The notes under the pieces are model-generated. The model was not told where the DNA came from. It was given only the letters and a program-made list of their open reading frames with translations, and did no database searches. Position numbers and translations under genes: made by a program. From positions 95,185 to 159,184 of the forward strand of contig CBDDBE010000002.1 of the NCBI GenBank assembly GCA_965225085.1: DNA of 64,000 bases, written 5' to 3'. The stretch comes from an uncultured Candidatus Saccharibacteria bacterium (GTDB lineage Bacteria > Patescibacteriota > Saccharimonadia > Saccharimonadales > EFPC-124). Below are positions 36,700 to 46,516 of this stretch, piece after piece; position 1 is the first letter of the stretch; every line of letters begins with the position of its first letter.

Positions 36700-38934
36700 C
36701 TACAGATACCCGGCTATCAGCGTTTTGCTCTTCGTCAGCTCGCTCGGGGTGCCTTCGAACATGACGGTGCCGCCTTTGTCCCCGCCTTCGGGACCGAGGT
36801 CGATAATCCAGTCGGCCTGGCGGATGACGTCGAGGTTATGCTCGATGGTGATGACGGTATTGCCCTCATCGACCAGACGGTTGATCAGCATATGTAGCCG
36901 CTCGATGTCTGATACGTGTAGACCGGTGGTTGGCTCGTCGAGCACGTAGACACTTCCTTTTTTGTGCAGCTCGCTGGCGAGTTTGATGCGTTGGCATTCA
37001 CCGCCGGACAGCGTGCTGAGCGGCTGACCGAGGGTCAGATACTCAAGGCCGACGTCGTTGAGTGCTTGGAGAATTTTGGCGATTTCGGGCAGGTCGAAGA
37101 ATTCTTTTGCTTCGGCCATGGTGAGCTCGAGTACCTCGGTGATTGATTTGCCGTTGTACTTGTAGGCCAAAACTTCATCCTTGAAGCGCTTGCCATTACA
37201 CACGGTGCAGACCGTCTTGGCGTCGTCCAGGAATCCGAGGTTTTGGGTCAGAAATCCTGCGCCTTTACAGTTGTCGCAGGCGCCTTTGGAGTTGAAGCTG
37301 AACAGGCCGGCATCGACTTTGTTGGCGGTTGCGAAGGCTTTGCGGATGACATCCATCAGGCCGATGTACGTCGCCGGGTTGGACCGGCTGGACGCGCCGA
37401 CTGGTGATTGGTCGACGACGATCGCGTCGGGGTGTTGCTTCAGGAAGACCTGATGGATCAGCGAGCTCTTGCCCGACCCTGCCACGCCGGTAATCACGGT
37501 GAATATACCGGTCGGAATGTCGACGTTGACATGCTGGAGGTTGTTGGCGTGGGCGTCGGTGATACTGAGCTTGCCATTTGGACTCCTGAACTCAGTCTTG
37601 ATCGGCGACTGGTCCTTGAGATGTGTGCCGGTGAGCGTGTCGGACTTGAGCAGGTCGTCGTAGGTACCTTCGAAGACGATTTTGCCACCCTTCACTCCGG
37701 CCAGTGGGCCGACGTCGACGATGTGGTCTGCTGCCTTGATGACATCTGGGTCGTGCTCGACCACGATGACTGTATTGCCTTGGTCGCGCAGCTTAGCAAG
37801 CAGCTCGTTCAGGCGGTGCACGTCGCGTGGGTGCAGGCCAACGCTCGGCTCGTCAAAGATATACATCACATCAACCAGGCTGCCGTTGAGGTGCTTCACC
37901 ATCTTGACGCGCTGCGACTCACCGCCGGATAGTGTGTCGGTCATGCGGTCCAGGCTGAGGTAGCCCAGACCGATCTCGACCAGGTTCGAGAGGCGCTCGA
38001 GGACGGTCTTGATAAGCGCGCGATTTTCGCCAGAGTCGAGCTTCTTCACGACCTCCACAAGCTTGTCGACTTGCATAGCTGCGAGGTCGGCGATGTTGTG
38101 TCCGTCAATTTTGCAGGCGAGGGCCTTTTGGTTCAGTCGCGCGCCGTGACAGAGTTCGCACGGCCCCATGGCCACGAATGGCCCGACGGTCTTCTGTGTG
38201 CGCTCGGACATGGTCCGGAAGTCGCGCTCGATGATGTATTTGCGGATGAATTTATCGACGATACCTTCGAATTTGAGGTTTACGCCCTGGATGGTGTTGG
38301 TCGCGATGGGCTTGGAGTGGTACAGGTCATGAAGCTCTTTCTCGGTGAAATCCTTGAGTTTCTTATCGAGGTCGAACAGGTTAGCGTGTTTGACGATCTC
38401 GAGTCCCCAACTCTTTTCACCGACGTATTCCGGCAGACGAATAGCGCCTTCGTTGATCGACTTTGTCATATCGAAGGCCAATTCTATGTCGAGACCGAGC
38501 TTTTGCCCCAGGCCGTTACAATTCGGGCACATGCCCGCGGCGTCGTTGAACGAGAACATATTGGCATACCCGACGTACGGCTTGCCAAAGCGTGAGAACA
38601 TCAGGCGCAGCGCCGTCGCGATGTCCGTCACCGTGCCGACGGTCGAATGCGATCCGCCGCCGAGCGGCTTCTGGTCCACGACGACCGCCATGCTGAGGTT
38701 CTTAATCTGGTCCGCCTCTGGTTGCGCGATGCGTGGCAGGAAGTTGCGCACGAACATGCTGAAGTTTTCGTTCAGCAGGCGCTGCGACTCGGCCGCGATC
38801 GTGTCAAAGACCAGACTGGACTTGCCCGAGCCGGACACGCCAGTAAAGATTGTGATCTTGCGCTTCGGAATTCGGAGCGTTACGTCTTTAAGGTTGTTTT
38901 CGCGAGCCCCGCGGATTTCGATGTATTCCTGCAT
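36700..38934 (-). CDS. UvrA-like ABC ATPase (class 2, UvrA2/DrrC type)
   Basis: GVSGSGKSS, LSGGESQR, GVAGSGKSS, LSGGECQR, Zn-finger CxxC motifs; 744 aa, shorter than canonical UvrA. Confidence 0.92.
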   Translation of the reverse strand: MQEYIEIRGARENNLKDVTLRIPKRKITIFTGVSGSGKSSLVFDTIAAESQRLLNENFSMFVRNFLPRIAQPEADQIKNLSMAVVVDQKPLGGGSHSTVGTVTDIATALRLMFSRFGKPYVGYANMFSFNDAAGMCPNCNGLGQKLGLDIELAFDMTKSINEGAIRLPEYVGEKSWGLEIVKHANLFDLDKKLKDFTEKELHDLYHSKPIATNTIQGVNLKFEGIVDKFIRKYIIERDFRTMSERTQKTVGPFVAMGPCELCHGARLNQKALACKIDGHNIADLAAMQVDKLVEVVKKLDSGENRALIKTVLERLSNLVEIGLGYLSLDRMTDTLSGGESQRVKMVKHLNGSLVDVMYIFDEPSVGLHPRDVHRLNELLAKLRDQGNTVIVVEHDPDVIKAADHIVDVGPLAGVKGGKIVFEGTYDDLLKSDTLTGTHLKDQSPIKTEFRSPNGKLSITDAHANNLQHVNVDIPTGIFTVITGVAGSGKSSLIHQVFLKQHPDAIVVDQSPVGASSRSNPATYIGLMDVIRKAFATANKVDAGLFSFNSKGACDNCKGAGFLTQNLGFLDDAKTVCTVCNGKRFKDEVLAYKYNGKSITEVLELTMAEAKEFFDLPEIAKILQALNDVGLEYLTLGQPLSTLSGGECQRIKLASELHKKGSVYVLDEPTTGLHVSDIERLHMLINRLVDEGNTVITIEHNLDVIRQADWIIDLGPEGGDKGGTVMFEGTPSELTKSKTLIAGYL

Positions 38935-38975
38935 GCATACTCCTTTTATGTAATAGTAACGCGAAAGGAGTCTGG

Positions 38976-39383
38976 CTAGAAAGGCGCCCGTGCGTCGTGC
39001 TTCTGCACCATGAAGATGCTGTTACCGTCCGGGTCCTTCACGTTGAACCACTTCACGCCCGATCCTGGGCCGAAGAGGTCGTCCTGCACGTCGCTCACGC
39101 CAAGGTCTTTGCCACTCAGATCTTTGTGAGTTGTCTCGACGTCAGATGTTTCGAAATAGATCGACAGTGTCCCTTCTTTGATACTCTCTGGCGACATGCT
39201 AGCTCGCGAGAGGGTCAGCGAAGCGCCACCGCCCGGGAATGCCAGGGTAACCCACCAGTTATTGTCGTCCTGACGATACTCAGTCGAGACTTTGAAGCCA
39301 AGCTTGTCTATATAAAATGATTTAGACGCGTTCATGTCGCCGACGTTCACCGAGACCATCATTAGTTGGTTGGCTATGTGCAT
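38976..39383 (-). CDS. VOC/glyoxalase family protein
   Basis: FYIDKLGF...DPDGN. Confidence 0.88.
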   Translation of the reverse strand: MHIANQLMMVSVNVGDMNASKSFYIDKLGFKVSTEYRQDDNNWWVTLAFPGGGASLTLSRASMSPESIKEGTLSIYFETSDVETTHKDLSGKDLGVSDVQDDLFGPGSGVKWFNVKDPDGNSIFMVQKHDARAPF

Positions 39384-39469
39384 GGTAGCTGCCTTTCTAT
39401 TGCAAAAATAATGATTTGTTCGTATAATCAATTTACTTGATATTCAAGCTATCGTCAAGAGATTTATCC

Positions 39470-39928
39470 ATGCATTCCACTCCAGATCTACAGAAACAGG
39501 TTTTTATGGCCGCACGCGATCAGGGCATCAGCTCTGTTCTGTTTCGTAATGCCATGAGCCGGAAACTTGGACTAAACGTGACGGATTCGGAGTGTCTGAG
39601 CCTGCTATCGATAAAAGGCGTTGCAACGCCGACGGAACTTGCGCGGTATACAGGGCTGACTACGGGCTCTGCTACGGCCATGCTGGACAGGCTCGAGAAC
39701 GCTGGGTTTATCCGGCGCTCCCCCAACCCGCATGATCGTCGGGGCGTTCTGGTTGAAATTAATGAACAATGGGCGCAGATGGCCGGGCCACTGGTTGCCG
39801 GTGTACAGCAAGCCCACCGCGAGCTCATCGCAGGCTATTCGGATAAGGAACTGGAGCTTATCGCGGATTTTTTGGGTAAGTTTACGCAGAATGTGGTGGA
39901 TCAAACCAAGGTTATCGAGACGGAGTAG
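39470..39928 (+). CDS. MarR family transcriptional regulator
   Basis: TPTELARYTGLTTGSATAMLDRLE...PHDRR. Confidence 0.92.
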   Translation: MHSTPDLQKQVFMAARDQGISSVLFRNAMSRKLGLNVTDSECLSLLSIKGVATPTELARYTGLTTGSATAMLDRLENAGFIRRSPNPHDRRGVLVEINEQWAQMAGPLVAGVQQAHRELIAGYSDKELELIADFLGKFTQNVVDQTKVIETE

Positions 39929-39996
39929 TATTTGGTGTAGATAAATTTAGGATATGAAAAGGGGCGCCTTGCGGCGCCCCTGTGGTTCACTTCATT

Positions 39997-41322
39997 TCAC
40001 GCTGTTTCCATCAGGCCCGTGTAGACGCTGACTCCGCCAGACTGACGGGCCAGGTCGGACAGCTCGGTGACCTCTTCCGGGCCAACCTGCACGACGTGCA
40101 TCTTGACACCTTGCAGCGCCGAGATGCCCGGCACGTTGGCCTTGCCGTCGGTCACGAGCACCAGTTCCGGTTCACGGAGCTGTCCTTCGTTCATGAGGGC
40201 CTGGACTCGTTCGGCGCTGGCCCTCAGAGTAGAGTTGAACTCAGTCGTTCCGCCGCGATACTGGAGCGGGCTGGTTACGATCTGCATCAACTCGTGGGCT
40301 GATGCAGCGTCGAAGGCGTGATATTCCTTCTGACGGAGTGTGCCGTCAAAGAACCGAACGTACACCTCGGCGTCGCCTTCGATCACCGCCCAAAGGCGGT
40401 TCAGGGCGACCCCAGCAGCTCGACTTGCAGAGGTAGCGCCGCTGTCCAGCATGGAGCCGCTCCCGTCGATGACCAGGAACAACAGTTGCTTCTTGGCGCG
40501 GCGGGTGTGTGGTGCGCGAGTGCTCAGATCCCCCATTGCCGCCTTGGCCTTCAGGAGGTTGGGTGGCAGGGCGAAGTCTGCCTGCGGGATGCGCGGCAGC
40601 TCGCTGAGGTCAGTGATCCCGCGCCAGGCGATGTCCTCGCCGTCGGGGTCTGCCATGGGCTTCGAGCGGCCACGCTGGAGTTCGCTGATCTGGTCGAGGT
40701 GCCGCGCGATGCGCAGGATCTCGCCCAGATCCATTCCTTGGACTTGCAGCTCGATGCCGAGGAATTCTGCGTCCGTACCCGGTTCGTTGCTGAAGGCAGA
40801 AGCGAACTTCTGCAGGTAGGCGATGTCCGTTGGCGTCAGGTTCTCGACCTGCTCTATTGCCGCTTGGATCGCCTTCAGGAAGGTACCGACGGCGCGCAGG
40901 CCGATCTCCATCAACGCCCAGCGGAGCTCGATTTGCCGGAGCAGCCTGAGCACGCGTACGGCCTTGGTGGCATGGTTGTACCCGGGGATCTCGTTGAGAT
41001 CCAGCTGGTCCAGCACCGAGTGTAGCTGATGCTGCATACGGTGGAAGTCCCTCTCGAAGATTCGAGCGTAGTAGTCTTGGTTGCCGATGCCATGCCGGTC
41101 AGCGAAGGCTTGCGCCTCGATGATGGCGTGGGTGGCGGCTTCCATGATTGCTTCGTCCTCGTCGAACTCTGCCACCTGGGCGCCTCCGGCTTTCGCCAGC
41201 AGGTCCCAGATGAAGTCCCACTCCAGGTCCGACAGTTCGCCTAGTCCCTCGCGGGCGGCGATGTGCCGGATCGTTCGTTCGGTAGGGAGGATCAGGTTGG
41301 GCGGGTCGTTGGCGTAGCGCAT
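39997..41322 (-). CDS. VWA-domain protein (ViaA-like)
   Basis: MIDAS motif DGSGSM, GGT, LVTDG in the C-terminal domain. Confidence 0.85.
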   Translation of the reverse strand: MRYANDPPNLILPTERTIRHIAAREGLGELSDLEWDFIWDLLAKAGGAQVAEFDEDEAIMEAATHAIIEAQAFADRHGIGNQDYYARIFERDFHRMQHQLHSVLDQLDLNEIPGYNHATKAVRVLRLLRQIELRWALMEIGLRAVGTFLKAIQAAIEQVENLTPTDIAYLQKFASAFSNEPGTDAEFLGIELQVQGMDLGEILRIARHLDQISELQRGRSKPMADPDGEDIAWRGITDLSELPRIPQADFALPPNLLKAKAAMGDLSTRAPHTRRAKKQLLFLVIDGSGSMLDSGATSASRAAGVALNRLWAVIEGDAEVYVRFFDGTLRQKEYHAFDAASAHELMQIVTSPLQYRGGTTEFNSTLRASAERVQALMNEGQLREPELVLVTDGKANVPGISALQGVKMHVVQVGPEEVTELSDLARQSGGVSVYTGLMETA

Positions 41323-41326
41323 GGTC

Positions 41327-42748
41327 TCACCCCTTGTCGTTCGTGAATGCCGTTCGGACTTGGGCCAGTACAGACAGCCTCGTCTTTTCCAGGCTGGGGT
41401 GCACCTTCATGACCACCAGCTCTGCTTCGTGTTGCGCGAGCACACGCCTGGCCTCGTCTTTGGTGAGGGCACCCTTGGCGTAGTGCAGCCTGGCGATTTG
41501 CTTCTTGATCGCAGTCAGCTTTCTGTCCAGCTGAGCCAGGTCATGCTCGATGGATGCTCCTGTCATCTGGTGATATACTGACTTCTCCAGCGCTTTAACT
41601 TCGGACAGGATGCGAGCTCGTCGAGCGATCTGGGCGGAATCGTAGCGCAGCGCCGTAGCCTGCTCCTCGATGCTCGCCAGAAGCGCGATCATCTGCTCGA
41701 GTGTTTCCGGTGTGGCGGGCTCGTTGAGGAGCTGTCGCACCTTCTCGAGTTCTGCTTCGAGCTGCTCCATTGCCTCCTCGGCGGCCAGCGAACGGGAATG
41801 CTCGCTGATCAGATCGGCGATGCGCATCTGCGTCTCGGTCGAGTGTGCTCCCGGAAGGAACGCGATCGCGTTCACATCGTTCGGGGCCACGTGGTCTCGG
41901 CCATTGATCGCCGCTGATGCCTGCGTGAGCCGCATGGCCATGACAGCCGTGCGCGGTGAGATGACGATGCCATCTTTGCTGAGCTCGACGATGATCTTTG
42001 CCAGCAGGGCTTGCATGGCCCGACTGACGGTGACATCCTTGGCTCGCTGCTGCAGGCCGGCGACTTCTTCCCAGGTGATGAGCGTGACCTGGTCGTGGCT
42101 CGTGTCGGTGACTGCCGCGAAGAGCGCCTTGAAGGCATCTTCGCCGTAGTTCGACCACTTGACCTCGATTTGGACCGGGAAGCGCTCGACGAGCGCCGCG
42201 ATCTCCGGGCCACCCTCCGCGATATCTTGCGGCGAGTGGTTGGTGGCGGCGACGATCAGTCGAGTCGCCATGGGGAAGGTCTGGTGCCCGTTGCGCAGCA
42301 TGCCGGCGGTCAGCGTGTCCTTGAGGGTGGTTAGCACCCTCGGCGGAGCATCGAAGAGCTCCTCGAACACGGCGACCAGATGCGGCAGGAAGCTCCGCTC
42401 GGGATTGTACTCCAGCGCGGCGCCCGACGTGCGGTTAAGCGCGTCGAAATCCAGCCCCCCGTACAGCTCCTCACACGAAGTGCCTTGCCCGAACGATTTC
42501 ACGTACGGGTTGGCGTCGGAGATGGCACCGATTGCGGCGTTCAGAAATTCCGACTTGCCGTGCCCGCCGGGTCCGCTGAAGATCAGGTTGAGACCGGCGG
42601 CGATGGCCAGCGAGAATGCCTGACGCATTGGGTCGGCGTCCACAAACATGCTGGTTGCGCGCCGCACCCACGGCAGGACGAGCGTGTGCTCGGCCGGCGG
42701 TGACTGCGTGTACGCTGTCGGCAGGTCGTGACTCGGGCTCTGCGACAT
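41327..42748 (-). CDS. MoxR/RavA-like AAA+ ATPase with coiled-coil C-terminus
   Basis: Walker A GPGGHGKS, Walker B AVFEELF, AATN, ALVERF, ISPR; promoter TTGATT-17-TATCAT; SD AAGGAG. Confidence 0.88.
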   Translation of the reverse strand: MSQSPSHDLPTAYTQSPPAEHTLVLPWVRRATSMFVDADPMRQAFSLAIAAGLNLIFSGPGGHGKSEFLNAAIGAISDANPYVKSFGQGTSCEELYGGLDFDALNRTSGAALEYNPERSFLPHLVAVFEELFDAPPRVLTTLKDTLTAGMLRNGHQTFPMATRLIVAATNHSPQDIAEGGPEIAALVERFPVQIEVKWSNYGEDAFKALFAAVTDTSHDQVTLITWEEVAGLQQRAKDVTVSRAMQALLAKIIVELSKDGIVISPRTAVMAMRLTQASAAINGRDHVAPNDVNAIAFLPGAHSTETQMRIADLISEHSRSLAAEEAMEQLEAELEKVRQLLNEPATPETLEQMIALLASIEEQATALRYDSAQIARRARILSEVKALEKSVYHQMTGASIEHDLAQLDRKLTAIKKQIARLHYAKGALTKDEARRVLAQHEAELVVMKVHPSLEKTRLSVLAQVRTAFTNDKG

Positions 42749-42868
42749 GTCCACTCCTTGGTAGGTGAAATGAATTGTGAAGCTCCTGGGTTCGCCCAGT
42801 TAAGGGTGGAATCCTTAAGCCATATGATACCATAAAAACTCATAATAATCAATATTAAAGCCTCCGCA

Positions 42869-43292
42869 TTACGGAGGTTGTGCGCGGTGGACGCCTCGAT
42901 ACGAATACATCGAGCGTCCACCGGGTGGAGTAGTTGCGGGCTCACCGCCAGCCGAGCAGCACATGGAAGAGCCAGCCTGATTGACGAAGGTGAGTTTGCA
43001 GTAGTTCTTCCGATCGAGGCCCAGATCGCCGTTCTTGACCAGCACCGCTCGCACCGACTCCCCGTGAGAGTTTCGGGACACGGCCAAAAGTCGTACGTCG
43101 TGCCGGTCCGCACAGAGACAGCGGTCATCATTGACTTGCTGTCGCAGGCACCTTCAAGAAGTCGAGGCTGTATGCGGCGGTAATCTCGAAGCCGCTTGCC
43201 AGCTCTGCCATCCGAGCCCGACCTGAGGCGATCGCGGCGTCGAGCGCTGATGCCGGCTGCGGGTCGAAAGGGTTGCTGAGGTGGTAGGTCAT
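42869..43292 (-). pseudogene. Hypothetical gene, apparently broken by frameshifts
   Basis: SD GGAG plus MTYHLSNPF... (43292-43128), MMTAVSVRTG... (from 43131) and ...AVSRNSHG (to 42869) can be joined by single-base additions in short G and T runs. Confidence 0.35.
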
Positions 43293-43401
43293 TGCTTATT
43301 CTCCATTCGCGCGTCCCGCCAATCTGGCGAAGGGGAAAGTAGGATGCATGTGAGCATTTGAAACGCCCCTTTGACCAGATCGGTCAAAGGGGCATGTGTG
43401 T

Positions 43402-43623
43402 TTAGCCGCGGCCATTCATCTGACGGAAGTAGGGAGCGTATGTGTCTGGCGTATGGTCGAAGGCCGCAGGCAACAATCCGCCTCCGACAAGATACCAAGC
43501 TTTTATAACCTGCTCACGATTCCCGATGGGCCCTTCCCCGCCTACCGCACATAGGACAACTGGCCTGCTTTCGCCTTGGAAGTAGCCATGCAGAAGGCGA
43601 TCGGCTGCTGGGCGAATGGTCAT
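43402..43623 (-). CDS. Small hypothetical protein
   Basis: ATGA overlap with the upstream ORF. Confidence 0.4.
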   Translation of the reverse strand: MTIRPAADRLLHGYFQGESRPVVLCAVGGEGPIGNREQVIKAWYLVGGGLLPAAFDHTPDTYAPYFRQMNGRG

Positions 43624-43817
43624 TCGCCATTGGTCAGCCGCATAACGTGCGTGGCCAGCGCGTTCAATACGCCTTCTTCTCTTACTATACCCCTGAAGGG
43701 TCTGCCAGTGAGCGCGACCCCATCCTCCTGGCGGACTATAGCTGCGGCGACAACGGGTAGGATGTTCTCGACGGCTCGACCGATGGGACTCATGGTGGTG
43801 CCTTTCGTTTGGGCCAT
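43620..43817 (-). CDS. Small hypothetical protein
   Basis: Promoter-like TTGATT-16-TAAAGT upstream; coupled to the next ORF. Confidence 0.4.
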   Translation of the reverse strand: MAQTKGTTMSPIGRAVENILPVVAAAIVRQEDGVALTGRPFRGIVREEGVLNALATHVMRLTNGE

Positions 43818-43892
43818 TTTTGGCCGGGAGAGAAGTCTTTATTACTTTAACATCAAGACATAGAAAATCAAAAGACGCCTCCCTAGTCAGTG

Positions 43893-44453
43893 CTAAAAGA
43901 GTGTAAAAATCGGTAAATGCGCATAAACCTCTGCAGCGTACGCCTCACATAGTGCCCTTAGATATTCGAGCGGCATAATCAGGCTCTCGGTAAGCGACAG
44001 CGAGATGGCTACTGTCGACTCTGCGCTGTGCGTCTGCGTCCAATCCAATACGAATAATCCGGCCAGCTCTTGCGTCGCTGGTGTTCCGCTGACCAGAAAG
44101 GGGCTGACCATGCCCGGCTGCATTCCGTAGAAGGTTACCGCATCGATGTCGTGTGGATTCAGAGTATGGTCGCGGCTGGTCGGGACGCCCAGATGACGGC
44201 TAGCCGCTTTGCGCTGAGCACGCGTTACGCTAAAGTTTCCGACGCCCGTCCACAGTACGATCTGCTCGGCCACGCTTCCGGTTATTGTCTTCTGGACTAG
44301 GCAGCCCTCCGGCAGTACGGCCTGTGTCTCGAGCGCCGTAAATGTTGGCTCGTGCCATGCGGTACTGGTCGGAATCGATAATTGCTGGCACAATGATTCG
44401 ATTTGTTCACGTGTATGCATGGGTAGCCCATTTGTGTTATCCGCTAGAACCAC
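43893..44453 (-). CDS. YbaK/ProX-like aminoacyl-tRNA editing domain protein (divergent)
   Basis: HEPTFT, QKT and GMQPGMVSPF motifs; SD AGGAG. Confidence 0.6.
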   Translation of the reverse strand: MVLADNTNGLPMHTREQIESLCQQLSIPTSTAWHEPTFTALETQAVLPEGCLVQKTITGSVAEQIVLWTGVGNFSVTRAQRKAASRHLGVPTSRDHTLNPHDIDAVTFYGMQPGMVSPFLVSGTPATQELAGLFVLDWTQTHSAESTVAISLSLTESLIMPLEYLRALCEAYAAEVYAHLPIFTLF

Positions 44454-44583
44454 CTCGGAACTCCTGTTATTTTACAAAAAATAGCACCCCTAGCGAGTAG
44501 GAGGCGGCGCGGATATCTAACAACCTGACAAGTATAGCATAAGCGCAAGATGCCACGTAACTGTGTATGATAGTATTAATTTT

Positions 44584-45228
44584 ATGAACCAATTAACACA
44601 ACATGAAATATCTTCGTCCCAGAAAGGCAAGCGCTTTACTGCTCTGTACGCCATCGGCTTGTTGCTGATTGCCGTGTTAAGCGGAGGCGGTGTTTATCTG
44701 TGGCAGCACCAGACGACATCGACGCCCGCCCAACAACTACCCCAGAGTGGCAGTGCGCCTGTCAAATCTGATACATTTACGTATTCATCCAAGGTTGGAG
44801 GCCTCAGCCTGACGCTTGCGAAAACATATGAGATTATTGTGAATGTTGATGGCAATAAGGGTGGTGCCCCGGGTGCAACTTTGCGTGTTGGTACTGTCCT
44901 GTCGGACAATATAGCGCAGGATAGTGCTTATAGCTGGGTTCAAGTAGATATTGATAATGTCGTAGGAACTATCGATCAAGAAGCTACAATCGTGAAACAA
45001 CAAATGCAAAAAGATAACTACGATAACGTAAAATCTACCCCTGCGACTGTCGACGGCCAACCTGCGGTGCTTGTCACGGGTGACGGTCATTCTTATGCGG
45101 GCAGCAAGCAAGTATATGTCCTTCGTTCTGGAAGTTTTCTGTATACCATAACAGCCTCGGGCGACGACCCTGCGAGCATACTCGATGCCGTCCTAAAGGG
45201 TTTCAAGGTACGGTCGGTCGTAATCTAA
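44584..45228 (+). CDS. Membrane-anchored extracytoplasmic protein (PsbP-like fold possible)
   Basis: N-terminal TM; ATVDGQPAV and YTITA pattern. Confidence 0.7.
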   Translation: MNQLTQHEISSSQKGKRFTALYAIGLLLIAVLSGGGVYLWQHQTTSTPAQQLPQSGSAPVKSDTFTYSSKVGGLSLTLAKTYEIIVNVDGNKGGAPGATLRVGTVLSDNIAQDSAYSWVQVDIDNVVGTIDQEATIVKQQMQKDNYDNVKSTPATVDGQPAVLVTGDGHSYAGSKQVYVLRSGSFLYTITASGDDPASILDAVLKGFKVRSVVI

Positions 45229-45323
45229 TTCCTTCGCTCTTGATACGTTGACTTTTTTACATTTCGCACTTGCCGCGCATGGTATATGCTAACCTTAATA
45301 ACTTATGTTTTAAGGAATAAACG

Positions 45324-45650
45324 ATGACCCAATACATTTTTGTATACAAGTCGAATGAGGCACTCGATTGGAGCAGCCTACCCAAGGATGAGGTCAAGAA
45401 AGTCATGGATGCCTGGGGCACATGGATTGGCTCAATGGGCCCGGCGCGCAAAGGCGGAACCGCGTTCAAGTTTGGCGGCACTAGCGTCACTCGGGATGGG
45501 CAAAAGAAGGCCGATAACCTACTGACCGGCTTTGCGATTGTCGAGGCCAAGGACTTTGACGAGGCGCTGCACATGGCACAAAACGCCCCAAATGTTATAT
45601 CGGGACAAGGAAGCATCGAGGTCTATGAGGCCTTCGGCGTAGGAGCTTAG
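45324..45650 (+). CDS. YciI/DGPF family protein
   Basis: MDAWGTW...LTGFAIVEAKDFDEA...P...GSIEV. Confidence 0.8.
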   Translation: MTQYIFVYKSNEALDWSSLPKDEVKKVMDAWGTWIGSMGPARKGGTAFKFGGTSVTRDGQKKADNLLTGFAIVEAKDFDEALHMAQNAPNVISGQGSIEVYEAFGVGA

Positions 45651-45658
45651 GAGAAAAT

Positions 45659-45976
45659 ATGAAACTCACAATGGTTCAATACAGGGTCAAAGCTGACCGC
45701 GTGGCGGAAAATGAAGCGTTGCTTGCTAAAGTGTTCGAGGCAACGGCAAAGCAAAAGCCGGCGGGTATTAGGTATGCATCTTTCAAGCTTGAGGACGGAG
45801 TGACGTTTGTCGCCCTCGTGCAGCTAGACGAGGCCATCCACACGGGCACTAATCCATTGCTAGAAATGCCAGAATTCAAAGAGTTCCAGGCCGGTATTGC
45901 AGACCGATGCGATGAAATGCCAGTGACCAAAGTACTTAGCTCTGTTGGCACCTATCAATTTTTAGACGAAGCGTAG
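45659..45976 (+). CDS. Dimeric alpha-beta barrel (ABM-like) hypothetical protein
   Basis: MVQYRVK...ENE...YASFKLEDGVTFV; SD AGGAG; operonic with the YciI gene. Confidence 0.7.
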   Translation: MKLTMVQYRVKADRVAENEALLAKVFEATAKQKPAGIRYASFKLEDGVTFVALVQLDEAIHTGTNPLLEMPEFKEFQAGIADRCDEMPVTKVLSSVGTYQFLDEA

Positions 45977-46444
45977 TTAGTTCAACAAAGCAACCGCGAT
46001 GCTTAGGGCGGTGGCAAAACAAACCCATGCCGCATATGGCAGTAGCATGTATGCGGCCTGTTTTGATATTGGCCAAAACAAACGTATACATGCGGCAATG
46101 CTTGCGAGCAGCAGAACAATTATGACGACGCTCGCCCACAGTAAATGTAGTCCAAAGAACACAAGCGACCATGCTGTATTGAGGGCGAGCTGCAATCCAA
46201 AAGCCGTGAAGGCTTGCCTTTTGGATTTGTTGTATCTGGCCGTCCACACCATGTATAGACTAAGTCCCATAAGCAAATACAGGATACTCCAGACCGGACC
46301 AAAGACCCAGTTCGGCGGATTGAAGAAGGGTTTTGCTAGATTCGCATACCAGATTGGGATGTTGCTAATGGTGGCAATACTGCCCATGCCACCAGCCGCA
46401 AATGCTAAGGCTACTGATGCGAAAAGCTTAACTATTTTCTGCAT
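45977..46444 (-). CDS. tspO: TspO/MBR tryptophan-rich sensory protein
   Basis: WYANLAKPFFNPPNWVFGPVW, LNTAWSLVFFG, LLPYAAW. Confidence 0.92.
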   Translation of the reverse strand: MQKIVKLFASVALAFAAGGMGSIATISNIPIWYANLAKPFFNPPNWVFGPVWSILYLLMGLSLYMVWTARYNKSKRQAFTAFGLQLALNTAWSLVFFGLHLLWASVVIIVLLLASIAACIRLFWPISKQAAYMLLPYAAWVCFATALSIAVALLN

Positions 46445-46516
46445 GATGACAGTATAGCAATTGGATGCGGCATATCGAAAGGCCCGACCTGCATCGGCTA
46501 TGTGATCTAGCAAACG

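Noticed and set aside
40318-41025. 235-aa plus-strand ORF (likewise 52535-53302, 38345-38953, 62051-62674)
   Set aside because: Antisense shadows of well-supported genes
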